Below, piece by piece: positions 36,701 to 53,720 of a stretch of DNA of 64,000 nt. The notes beneath the pieces are model-generated. The model had not been told where the DNA came from. It ran no database searches and saw nothing but the letters and a program-made list of their open reading frames with translations. Both the position numbers and the translations under genes were made by a program. Source of the DNA: Klebsormidium nitens (taxonomy: Eukaryota; Plantae; Klebsormidiophyceae); the NCBI GenBank assembly GCA_000708835.1, contig DF237037.1:62001-126000 (forward strand). The letters run 5' to 3'. Position 1 is the stretch's first letter. Each line of letters starts with the position of its first letter.

Positions 36701-39700
36701 CTACTAAGCAGCTGGAGCTCGCGACGCACACTGCCGCCAATGTACCGGGCACCGTTCTGGGCGACGTCTCGCGGCTGCGCCAAGTCCTGGTGAGAGTGTA
36801 CATGGGGAATGCTTATCGTGTTTTTTCTGCGTTGGGTCGAGGACTTGGTTGACTTTCTCCTATACGAGCAGCTAGAGCTTTCGATGCACACGGCTGCGAA
36901 CGTACCGGGCACCGTTTGGGCGACATCTCGCGACCCGGCCAAGTCAAGTGACATTGGCGCGCCTCGTGGTGTCGTTTTCGAAAAGTCGAAGATCGGATGA
37001 GCATCCAGCACGCCGCAGGCAAGCTCAGTATCGGGTCACCGCGCTCTGATTTTCAACAGCTCAGACAGTGACAAGTTACTGGAGTGGACAGTGCAGGTTT
37101 GACAAAGGGACAGCCGGCAAGGGTCGCCTGTAAACATAGGTTCCGGCAGCAATCTGATGCTCTGCGCCACAACGTAGGGGTTGCAAGATATAAAAAGTGG
37201 TGATATCTTGTTATATTTCTACCTCTTGAGAAAACACGACACGTGCTGACGTGTTTGTAGGTCAACTTGCTGAGCAACGCGGTGAAGTTCACGGAGGAGG
37301 GCGAGGTCATCCTCCAGGCCAAGTGCATCGAGTCGGACGACAAAGCGGTCTCCCTCGAGTTCTCGTGCAGAGGTGAGCGCTTTTGACGCTTGCAATATGC
37401 AGGGCTATCCATTGTTGGACCGGCACGTTTTGCTCTAGGTGGAAACGCTCCCGAATGTGGGATCGATTTGCTGCACTTTGAGTTGCTTGAAAGCGCGAAT
37501 GATGATAAATGCTGGCTGCGGTTGAAGGGAAGGTGAATTCACCTCGAGTTACTGGACCCGCTAAACGCCGTGCAACACTGCTGAGGCCTTCGTATCTTAC
37601 ACCAATTCCCGCTCCTTTTGGTTTCACCAGATCGTCAACATTTTCGAGGTTTCTAGCAGCTCTTTACTGCGCTGACCGCTCGCTGCCGCCGTTTTTCCTC
37701 GCCCCCAGACACTGGCATTGGGATCGCCGCGGAACACATCCCCCGCCTCTTTACCGCTTTCTCGCAAGCGGACGCATCGACAACTCGTCGATTTGGGGGC
37801 ACTGGCTTGGGCCTCGCCATTTCCAACAAGCTCGTCAGGGTAATCGGCTCTCTCGTGTTCTTCTTTTCGTTCTTCCTGTGTGCATAATACCCTTTCCGTA
37901 CAATCATTTTGTCTCTGATTTGATCTTCTGGCCATCGATTTGTCGTCTGAGGACTTCAGCATAGAAACGAACACTGCGCAGCTGTTAAAAGGGAAGAGGC
38001 CGTGGATTCTGCCTACATATCATGATTGTGGAGAATGCGTAACGACTTAGTTTGTAGCTTAATATGCTCCAACAGCAAGTACTAGGGACAATCGTGAAGC
38101 GCTGAAGCGCTACGTTTTTCCGCATCCAAAATAGTCATTGTGCAGCCCCCAAAGTATCCACAGCCTTGGAGTGAGTTGAATTTCCGAAGGCTTTGAAAAG
38201 TAAGCATGTTGATGGGTTCCGCGTGCCAAGGCGTCGGTACGGACTGTCGGTTGGCCCCGCTTGCGTATCTTGTTCCTCTCGATTAAAGTACAAGAACGCC
38301 CTCGAATCGAAGTGCTCGAGCCATGTTTACCACGTCCTACGGTGCAGAACTGCAAACCAATGGCCTTCGCTTTGTCAGAACCACTCACAAACGCTCATCC
38401 GAATGCAGGCAATGGGGGGCCACTTTACCGTCGACAGCGCCCTCGGGGCTGGTTCCACCTTCCGCTTCGCCGTGCAACTAGAGACTGCACCTAGTATCAT
38501 GATTGAAGCGGTGCCGGCAGACGCGCGCGCATTGCAGGGCAAAACGTGCTTACTAGTCGCGCGTAATGCCAGCTTAAGAGCCATTCTAGAAGAGCAGGTC
38601 GCGGTGTGGGGGATAAAGTCCACTGCGGTCGCGACGGAGGGGGACGCTTTAGAAGCGCTCCACACGGTGAGCGCCGGAAAGGAGAAATGCCGAGCTTGGA
38701 TGGGTTTGGCCTCAAAAGCATCGGATGCTTGAATCGTGATTTTGATGCGAACCTCTCAGCGTTTGGGGCTGCTAGGCAGGCCAGCGAGAAGCATCATCGC
38801 AGCGAGCAGTCTCCGCACAAAGGAGTTGGACGAAGAAAGTTGTGCGCTCGTTATCTTGCGAGTATTCTTGTAGCCTGGTTGTCCGCTCTGTGGTGTCTAC
38901 ATAGGCTCAACATGCGGTGATGAGTTTCCGCTTCTGTTAGAAAAAGATGTCTATAAAGGCTACCTGCTTTAATTTTCTCTAGTTTACCTCAACCTTTGAG
39001 CAACAGCGTTTCCGGGTCTTTCTGCAGACAAAGCCCTCGTTCGACTTTGGAGTAACCGACCTCAGCACTCTCAATTGCGGAACGATTGCCGGGTGCGCTT
39101 TTCTGAAGGCAGCGCCCCGATTCCCCCTGGTCATTCTGAGCACGTGGACTGAGAGGGAGGCCAAAGCACAGGTGAGCAGACGGCTCGGGGTTCAAACTTC
39201 TAGACCCTTATTCCTCTTTTCAACCCTAAAAGTCAAAAAATCTGATACCCAGAGCTCTCTCTCAGTGACTGCGGCATGCGGGGCTGCAAAAAGACTGAAC
39301 GCATTGTGCTGACACTCCGGAAAAGCACCAGCATCTGCATCCTTCACCAGAGATTTAGTGCACCGTGAATCGGTCCAAAACAATTTGGGCGGATGTTCCC
39401 TGCCCCACTCACGAGCAGGTTAAGAATTCACCTTTAAGCGCCGACAGAGACCTTTGGGGGTTGGTTTATCGGAAGAAAAATGCTATCGAGCCTGGAGCAA
39501 GAGCTTCGCCGCAATCCCTTCCTGGTCCTGCTCCGTTGGCCGATTCGCAACTGTCGAAATCAGTGCTTGTAAGAAGGATTTTTGGATATTTCCCCGCTGG
39601 AATCCGCTACCGACCTTGTCATTCTTGTCGGAACGTATGGCCAGTCAGCAGTGCACCGTTTAGCGGTCGCCATGCTTCAAGTAAGGGAGAAACTACAAAC

Positions 39701-42029
39701 TTTCCAGAGAAGCAGAGCGCGGACACCTGAAACGCAGGTCTTTGATTGCAAGTCCCGGGCCTGATTGCAATGTTGCAATGGAAGGAACAGAGTTGTGCAA
39801 TGATCAGAACGGCCCGAAATCTTCAAACATACAAAGAGAGTCTGCTGCGACGGTGGCCACACTTTGAACCCACAGCAACCTCGCGAGGGCTCTAGCCTCA
39901 ACCTCCGTAAAAAGTATCATTTCCCGATTTCAAACAAAGGCTGAAAGCCGGCCTCTTCTGTTGCGCAGCGGACGGATCACGACCGCGTGATCATCATCAG
40001 CAAGCCCGTGAAACATGCCAGCCTGTGGGACGCCGCAAACAAACTCCTAACGACGGGCGCCCATAGCAATGGGTCTCCCACCGCGAACGGCGTGCTTCCG
40101 TGCGCGGGGGCGGGGCCGCACAGACTGGAGTCGAGCTCGAAGCTGCGGGCTCTGCTCAGAATCTTGATTGCGGAGGTGAGAATTCTGCTAAATTGACTGT
40201 CGAGACTCCACCGTTGGGCCCCTTCTTTCACTTTCGCGCAGTCATGTCAAGGGTTCCAGAGAACGACGAGGGAAAGAAAAGAGGGACGAAAGGCGAAAGT
40301 GCTCGGCAGGGGCCTCCGAAGGTGAGAGCCGCGTGACCAGACCACAAAGAAATCTGGATCAGGCAAACCTTGGGTTGGGGTTTGAGTCACAGATCTGTTG
40401 AAAAGGCAGTTCCGGCACTGATGGTGCCAGCAATATACGCGCTGCCCAGCTTGACGTCGAAATACGCCGGAGGATTTTGCATGATAGATACGGGGCCCGG
40501 CAAAGCAACAGAAACTTATGACGGCGTGCCTTTCCTTCTGGGCTCTTGTCTTGACGGTCATGCTGGCGATTGTTGAAGGGACACGGATGTTGTATGGATG
40601 TTCCCAGGCGTTGCTCAGCTGAAGTGTCGCTTGTTCGTGAAACGACGGATTACAATTCTGAGACCGGCTGTCCAATTGTCAGACGTCGCCTTGTCGCATC
40701 CGAAAGGAACCGTAGCTGTGCCCCTGGTATACCGCGGGTCAGACAACCTGATATGCTGGAGCAACCTTATCTAAGAACTTAAGAATCTTCGTAAGATCCT
40801 CATACTAAAATAGGACTCCTTACCTCCTTTTTTGGCAACCCCCTGGACAATATGGCAGAGCAGCAGGTGGCCAACTTAATAAAAGCCAAAAACCTTGAAG
40901 CCCTAGATCCCTAAATGTGTCAAAACCTCTGTTTTCTGGCTGTCTCAGGACAATATGGTGAACCAGCGGGTGGCCATCCTCCTTCTGAAGCGGCTCGGGT
41001 ACACTGCGGACTGTGTCGCGGACGGGCTGGAGTGCATCCAGGCGCTGCAAACGCGGCCGTACCACGTGGTCCTCATGGACTTGCAGGTACGTACCCTGTA
41101 ATCCCTATGGGTTTTCCGGTACGTACCGCGTGGTGCTTTCGAGAGATCGGGTTGGTACCGCCAGTTCGGTTTGATGATTGACAGGCAAGTGTCACGTGGC
41201 GTATATTGATTGCTGCCGTTTTTGTGGGCAGGTGCCACGTGGTGCTCGCGTATGTGCCTGTACCGCCACATTCTTGGACCAATGATCTCGAACGGTTGTC
41301 TTTCGACTGAGTCGAGACGATCCAACGACCATCGTCGTAGCTTAACGTCGAGACTTTACTCGGGACTGCCACGTTATCAGACGTTCAGCGTTTTCGGATG
41401 TACTGCTTGCACACTTGCGTGAGACCTCTTTGCTTATCTGAAGATGACGTCGCTTTGACTTTACCTGAACATCACGCCGCTTTGACTAGCCACTGCCTGA
41501 ATGTAGTTTACGATCTCTACCTGTTGTCTCTTCTGCAGATGCCCGTCTTAGATGGTCTGCAAGCATCGCGGGCTATCTGTACCGCATACCCCAAAGGAAC
41601 GCGGCCGTATCTAGTTGCTGTGACGGCAAACGCGATGCAAGGGGACAGAGATCTGTGCCTCGCTGCCGGAATGGACGACTACATAAGGTGAGAAGTTGCG
41701 CGTACTCGCAACTTGAAGATGCGTCAAGTCTCAACATTCCAAGCTTTTCTCGTTTAAAAAGGAGATTGGGCAAGCAAAAGATTAAAACTCCTCAATCCTG
41801 TCAAACGGCGCCTTCCCACGAGTCCCAAACTTGCGTACGGAACTCCGAACGCTTTTCACCGACATGAGTTGTGATCAGGTCGTGGTTTAGATTGTCCGTT
41901 GCCTCTCATTTGATCGCGTCCTTAAATCTTGTGTTGCCCTGTTGCAGCAAACCAGTGCGGATCGAGGAGCTTAAGAGAGTGTTAGATGCTCAGGCATGTA
42001 GGCTGGCCAGTGCCGAACCTAAGATTTGA
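18603..42029 (+). CDS. Hybrid Ser/Thr kinase - STAND/AAA ATPase - GAF - histidine kinase - receiver protein, about 2,080 aa; exons 18603-18800, 19485-19685, 20273-20422, 21085-21210, 21528-21735, 22428-22681, 23232-23410, 23913-24198, 24735-24898, 25575-25749, 26622-26771, 27491-27686, 28410-28565, 28906-29024, 29463-29951, 30504-30724, 31398-31559, 32031-32216, 32653-32818, 33204-33724, 34118-34350, 35016-35146, 35479-35557, 36040-36179, 36583-36789, 37261-37372, 37709-37839, 38409-38666, 39109-39171, (39645-39680 possible), 39969-40175, 40949-41086, 41539-41687, 41948-42029
   Basis: Kinase [42 protein letters not shown]; Walker A GYSGIGKT; Walker [13 protein letters not shown]; TEGNPFY; [17 protein letters not shown] and AQIAISIEN; H-box [14 protein letters not shown]; N box [10 protein letters not shown]; G1 DTGIGI; G2 [11 protein letters not shown]; receiver ILIAEDN, VVLMDLQMP, AVTANA, DYISKP. 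The 33 firm exons sum to 6,237 nt (divisible by 3) with phase-matched GT-AG introns. The 38667-39968 region is the least certain. Confidence 0.93.
22428..26771 (+). other. STAND-class / AAA_16-like P-loop NTPase module of the hybrid kinase (exons 6-11)
   Basis: [20 protein letters not shown] (Walker A), [16 protein letters not shown] (Walker B), LIGAYR, GNPFY and FRHDRIRE match the bacterial kinase-ATPase fusion family. Family placement is from recalled motifs. Confidence 0.85.
23331..23720 (+). repeat. Three tandem copies (period 155 and 150 bp) of the 3' half of kinase exon 7 with its GTCAG donor
   Basis: Copies end at 23410, 23565 and 23715 and encode [54 protein letters not shown] and [27 protein letters not shown]. 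Confidence 0.95.
27203..28175 (+). repeat. Diverged tandem copies of both ends of kinase exon 12 in its flanking introns
   Basis: Acceptor-side copies CAG-GCCGC..GCTGACCGCCTCGG at 27203-27310 and 27359-27467. Donor-side copies of GCCAACCTCGCTGCAG-GTCAG at 27837-27856, 27991-28034 and about 28137-28175. Confidence 0.85.
33473..35146 (+). other. GAF domain of the hybrid kinase
   Basis: [17 protein letters not shown]...[15 protein letters not shown]; [17 protein letters not shown]; GVLYVEH...[24 protein letters not shown]. Confidence 0.85.
35479..38480 (+). other. HisKA + HATPase_c transmitter; phosphoacceptor His codon at 36051-36053
   Basis: [23 protein letters not shown]; [12 protein letters not shown]; [21 protein letters not shown]; DTGIGI; [22 protein letters not shown]; MGG...[13 protein letters not shown]. 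Confidence 0.95.
40150..42029 (+). other. C-terminal canonical receiver domain; phosphoacceptor Asp codon at 41078-41080
   Basis: [56 protein letters not shown]. Confidence 0.92.
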
Positions 42030-43838
42030 ATAGATCAGTGCAGGTTTAGACTTCACTATCAAGTGAAGTGTCTATCGTTATTCTACAAAGGGCGGATTGC
42101 AATAATATCTCATAACGACTACTCAAAACGGCAGGGCGTCCAGCTCATTTATGTGTGTCGCATGGTAGACTTGGCATTGATAGTTTCGGCACGGTCGAGT
42201 GCCGGACGAGAAGGTAGCCCGGAAAGAGACCCCGGATCTTAGCCCGGCTTGATAGTTGTCTATTTTAGATTACAACCTCAAATCATTCGAAACAAGCTTA
42301 GCAAGAGTGGTATTGATTGGACGAGAAACAAATATGCAGTGCATGCATCTTGAAGATGCCAGAAATTACGTCCATTTCCGAGCAGGCCAAACTTTAGTTA
42401 GTCAATTTTGATCCACGTGATACATTGAACTTGTTAGCCAATCAAATGATAAGTAACTTGACATGACGAACTAGACCCGAATCCCCGACACCGCGTCTGC
42501 ATGGTACATGGGGGATCAGCCCGGGCCCGGCGGCGCGGACTCGAATTGACCGCAACTCGCTATCAATGCATGAGACTGAGTCACGCATGCAGTCAAGATT
42601 GACATGCATGATGCAGCCGCGATACTCTGTAGAATACAAGCTTCAATGACATACAATTCTTAGCAAGTGATGGAAATTAGTTTGCACAAAGTTGATATCA
42701 GCATGCGCCTATAGCTAGCTTTGTATAGATATACTAGCTGATGGTAGTTATTCCGGCCAACTTTCAGTAGGTTGATCGTCATGCATGAGGACCGTATAAA
42801 CCTGCCATGCAGATTATGAGTTCAATCTATACGACTATACGTATAAAACAGTTGAGCCACGTACGGCTACCGTAAGTTAAAACTCACAAGCTCATTCAAT
42901 GATTGATTTCATGCTTTGAAGTAATGTTTCGGGCAATTAAGTTTTCAGTCAACATTCAAGGTCCCGTCGGACACTCTCTTGGTCCGGTCCAGGCGCGCAC
43001 GAACACCAATTCTAAGTTATCTTCTCGAAGTCTCAAAAGTCGGAGATTGTCCCGTTCAATTAGAGGATTCCTGGAACATGTCATTCGTGCGCTTGTATCA
43101 TGCATCGGTTGCAATGCAGAGACGAACATCATGCAGTTGTTCAACGCCAAAGTTGATTGTTGGATAAAGTGACCGGCTGCAAGTGCAAGTCATCGTCAAT
43201 TAGTCGATTAGCCATGCACGCACTCTTGTTGCTCAAATCAGGACTGTGATATATAGACGTACGATTAAGGTGAAATTGTCTCGCATTTTAGAGCGTCGGA
43301 AGTGCGCTTCTTGTAAAGTTGAAGATTGATGTGAGCTGATGACCATCCGATTGAAAGTACAAAACTGCTTCAGTATCTTGATAAGCAAAACGTGTCACAC
43401 GGAGAAGCCCAGAACCTGCAGGCTGGCAAAACAACCAAGAAGGTTTCATTGCCTGGCTGATGGACTCGCACTTATACGCATGGGTCATATGCGTTACGTA
43501 CGTGTGCGCCGCGTGGCGGCCGCGCGCGGCCTGCGCGCGCGCAAAGGAGTCAAGTCCGGGTCTTGCTTAAACCCCTTTCACAATGCAACGGGCTTCGGAC
43601 GACCGTCGGATTATATACGTGACTGGTGCAGCACGTCTTAAGTGACTCACCGGCACGTCGTGCAGAGTGCGGCAGATCGGTCATGGCTCAGACGTGAACA
43701 TGCTGATCTCTTTCACTTCCTTCTGTGAAAGTTCGATAAGTAGCTTGACTGGCAAGACTTGCCCGACGTTTTGAAGAAGCTCTTTGATCACACCTCGCTT
43801 TCACAGTTATCATTCCGTGCAATCAGAAGTCCAGAACG

Positions 43839-45666
43839 ATGGCGCAACAAGCGAGCAGCACGCAGATCCTGGCACCCCACATCACCGCCAGGACCCTCAA
43901 AACATTCACAGAGGACAGGTACCCTCGCCCTGGCTCCGACACCGAGCGAGAGGTGTTTGTTCACAGCTTGCGCAAGCACATGACTCTGGGAGGTACCGAG
44001 AACAAGCACTATGAAGACTCAGAAGTCTTCGCTGTTTCCGATGCTGTGGTGGTGAAAAATTGGGGGGAGCTTGAGAGTGGTTTGTTCGGAGCTGTTCGCA
44101 TGGCATATTCTGAACACTACTGTCTTCATTTGAGGCCAGATGACATTTGGCTAGCCATTGCTCAAGGAGTCTCTGCGCATCTTCAGTACAATGACAACGC
44201 TGAGAAGTACAGGCACGTCTTTGTGGACCACGAGGGGAAGGAAACAATCAGTGTCTGCGTCAACGGTCTTGAAACCGGTAAGGTCGACCTTTCAGAATCT
44301 TTTCTTCGCTTTTGGCGGAACCCCCGGGTCTCGAGACCAGTAAACTCTGTCTAGGTAATTGTTTAACCAAAGAGTGCGGATTGTGGTTGTCTAGAATCAC
44401 TTTCCTGTTCAGTCGCGTCAAAGAAAGCACCGAGCGTGGTTCTTTCGACTGCTGGAGCTGTTGAAATATCGGGCTGATATATCAGCACCTGTTCTGCTTG
44501 TGAATCTGAACAAAACAACTCTGGTAAAGATCCGCACTGAACGCACAAGAACTTCTGCTCAGTGATAATCTCGTGCTTTCAGGAACTTCTGAAAAGCTTG
44601 TGGACTGCTGACAGCAGCCTTTCACATTGTAGGATTCAGTGCTAGATGTCAGATCTTTTCTGTCGGTTTCGTCATCAGATGCACCTCCTTACTACAGGAT
44701 TGTTTAATTGCATCCGCAGTAACTGCTGTAGTCTCTATAGTCTCGTTTAAGATTCTGATTTGCTGAGGGCTTTTCAATCAGGTTCGGAATTTAGACTCCT
44801 AAGTTGAATCGAGGAAGCGGCGTGAATGTCCTTTACGGCCTACATCCCCGAGCTGCGACTTATCGTGAGCTGTACAAATCAAGAAGGACTGAAGAAGTAA
44901 GAAAATTTCACAGTTAATTTCTACTTCCATGCTTCTCAGGAAAAATCCTCTGATCCCTACTTTTCTCCTCGCAGCTGATGGGACTTACTTGGACTGGCCC
45001 AAGTGCATCCAGCTCATCATCAACGAACTAGAGGTGCGGGTCAAGGGCGACACCGGCAAGCTCCTCGTGAACGACTTCTCCACAACCGACCTGATCTCCA
45101 AAACCGCGAGCCAGATCGTTCTGATGGACGCCATGAAGCACTACTTCGTGTACGAGATGTGCTTCGAGTGCGGCATTCCGTCCGTCTCTCTGCACGGCAC
45201 GCTCGCGGACTGGGAGCGCCTCGTGACGAAGGCGCGCGCGCTGCGCGCGCTCAACATCGGCCTGAATAAGTGGCTCGACAGGCTGGAACCGGTCCTGGAG
45301 AAGCTGGTGGATACGTACCGGGGGAAGGTGGACCAGGACTGGTGGAGCCGGGTGATTCATGAAAAGGAGAGCTACGGGTCGGGGCCAACCCCCCATGGCA
45401 TTTCCGGCTGGGTCTGCGCGTTCTTTCCGTACGAGCGGAACGGGGATGAACTCCGCCCTTGTACGTCACTCGTGAGTGACAAGATACCAAAAGGGCTGGT
45501 GGAGTGCCCGTTCATCATTAATGACAATGGTGCCGAAACTGATAACCTGCTCGTCGCCGGAAGCTGTGGTGTGACGGTGACTGAGGACGGTCGGGGGGTG
45601 ATGCCGTGCATCGGGTGGCTTGTGAAGCGAGTCCCCAATACAGACAAGGGCAATGGGAATCCGTAA
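43839..45666 (+). CDS. DUF4419-family protein of unknown function, about 376 aa; exons 43839-44277, 44975-45666
   Basis: Motifs AYSEHYCLHLRPDDIWLAIAQ, FVDHEGK, DFSTT, LMDAMKHYFVY, CGIPSVSLHGTLADW, WWSRVI and ISGW match DUF4419 as recalled. One phase-1 GT-AG intron; 1,131 nt total. Confidence 0.85.
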
Positions 45667-47137
45667 TGAAGATGGAGACGATGGAGACGAAGTAGCGATC
45701 TGACCGATCAGGCGAAATTCGTGCTATTGTGGCATGTCGTGAAGCTCAGTTCTCGCAAGAGGCTTCCGGCAGGAGTAGGATGATAGCGGTAACATTTCTC
45801 ATTATAAGTCTCAATTTTTATATGCATCAAGGTTCTCTACTCGGATATGTGAGGTCAATGGCTCGATCGAGTTTCGGCATCGGTCAAACCATGACTAATC
45901 AATATTGTGAGCACGGGTTCGAAATTTCACTGCCAAAAGTTATAGTACACGTGATCATCCTCGATGCTTTGCCCTTTACAGGCTCGTATACAATCCGGGA
46001 CTCATAACGTACTGAGTCACTCCCTTCGCGACGCCTTTCTTATCGATGATTGGTTTTATCTCGTGGACGGCAGACCTTAGATATCGCGATTGATTGATTG
46101 TCTGTTTCTGCCAGGTAGCACCATCATCATTACCTATTATATTGCCATATATGGTTCTCCCCATTCTAGCTTTTGTCGCGGTCGATTAACTTATATACAG
46201 AATTATGCACGCCCGGGCTTGGCGCACTAGCTGCTTAAGCAGGGCGCCGATCACCTATACCGGGGAATAGCTGGAATCTCAAGCCCCACGGTGCCTAGCT
46301 GGCAGCTCTTTGGTCTAGCGACGTGCTGCCCGAATGATTAGTCTCGTCATGGTGCCGTGACATAGGTGTGTCAGCATGGGGAGTCAGTCCGACGAGACAA
46401 TCAATACTGTGACCATGAGCACAATGACACCAATAAAAGTGTGCATAAGAGCTTTCAAGTTAGCGACATAATCTGGTAACTGGTATACTGATACTTATTT
46501 GGAATAGGGTCGAACAAACAATCAAGGCGACTGGCCCGGAAAGTAGCTGGACGCTTTGAGCAAGCGGCCGCGGGCGCGTGTCCTGTTGAACCGTCAGCTC
46601 GTGGGGCCAATCTGTGCGCACTTATGATTAATTTACTAGGAAGAAGGCTCCCCCTGACAATTATGGGCTCGAACACATTACACTGCTTCAATGCAAGTGT
46701 CAATAATGCATTCGCCGAACCTCGGCTCGAACTACGCAAATGTACATCATACTCATAGCAAAATGTCTATCTTGAAGCTAACCGGGACTAGCTAAAGCCT
46801 AACGTCCTAGCATGATACACATGCCAGCAACCTCACCACTGACTGTCGTACTCCCGGCACCCTCGAACAGCCATAGGCGCTAACATATCCGAAACCACCA
46901 CCTAGACTCGCTTCCGAACGAGCACCGTCTCGAATGCAATCAGGCGCCCACAGGCAACCCGCCATAGCTACTAGCAAGGAACCCTTCCGCTAACCGAATC
47001 TACGAAGACCAACTCCGACGGCTGACTTGCGCTGTCGACGAAGGCACTACCTTTTAGCAGTCGCCACCAGACGTTATTAGCTTAAACCCTACTCCCAACA
47101 GCAATTCTTCGAGATTAATTGTGAGTCACTTCCGAGG

Positions 47138-52696
<5,559 letters not shown>

Positions 52697-53569
52697 GGAG
52701 CTAGTAGCGGTCTACATTAGCGCAGGCGTGCGCCTCTGCTTTGAGCATCTTCCAGGACGAAGATGTCAATTGTCTGCCATCCCCAGAATCCTGGTTCAGC
52801 AGCTCCTGAACTGTTTGGACCAGACGTTGGTGGCTTAGAGATACTCTAGGTTCCTACCCGTCTCACTAAAGCTTTCTGCTTCGCATGCTTTACTAAGCTA
52901 AAGCAAGTTGCTAAACCACTCCGCTGCCCAGACTATTTCTTGATGCTGCACCTTACAGCATGATCACAACACTATCGCCATCGTCACGCCTCAAGTACCA
53001 GAATCTTTACTCAAAACACGGTCTTCCTGAGGTAGACTTCTTCAAAAAGCGAAGTCTACGCCACGACACTGCCAGGACTGGTCATTATAATTCTGTATGC
53101 GAGGCAGCATCCTTAAACAATATTAGAATGATGCACCGGTCTTCCTGATTCTAGCTTTGAACTTGAAGGAGAAAATCCACCATGGGCATCTCCGTTGCTG
53201 AGTAGCATTATGGCTTTAAATCTGATACCTACATCATCCGCCACACACCTAGAAATTGACCAGCTGCATCTTCTTTCTTTTTCGAGTTTGACAATTTTGA
53301 GACTCAGATTGAGTGATCGACTTGCCAGCACTCCCTGTTGTGGCCCTGACAACGCGGGGTGTCAAACCTTAAGTCGCCCTGGAAAATACAAAATTATACG
53401 AAGAGGAAATCGCGCGGTTTACGTTGATACCGTACCCGTGGGTGTCACTCAGTGACACTTCCCAGCTCCGCAAGGTATTATCCTAGAAAACGTGACACTA
53501 CCTACAGTTAAAACCTAAACCACTGGCATAAGAATCATTTTTGGTTTGAAAGGGACGTGCTCAGAGGGC

Positions 53570-53720
53570 CTTTGAAATTCGGACCTCCCTACCCCGCCCC
53601 GCGCGGATATGCCGGGCGGCCGCCGGGCCCCACGATCGCCGGAAAAGCGAAACCCGAAACCCTCGAAAAGCGCCACAATCCGAATTCCGCTGGAGGGAGC
53701 GCGCGAAGAAAGCGCTAGGC
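53570..53720. promoter_or_regulatory. GC/CpG-rich island in the 1.39-kb spacer between divergent FAM135 and RMND1-like starts; candidate bidirectional promoter
   Basis: CCCCGCCCC box, GCGGCCGC and AAACCC repeats lie between the ATGs at 52696 (-) and 54089 (+). Position and composition only; no transcript data. Confidence 0.35.
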
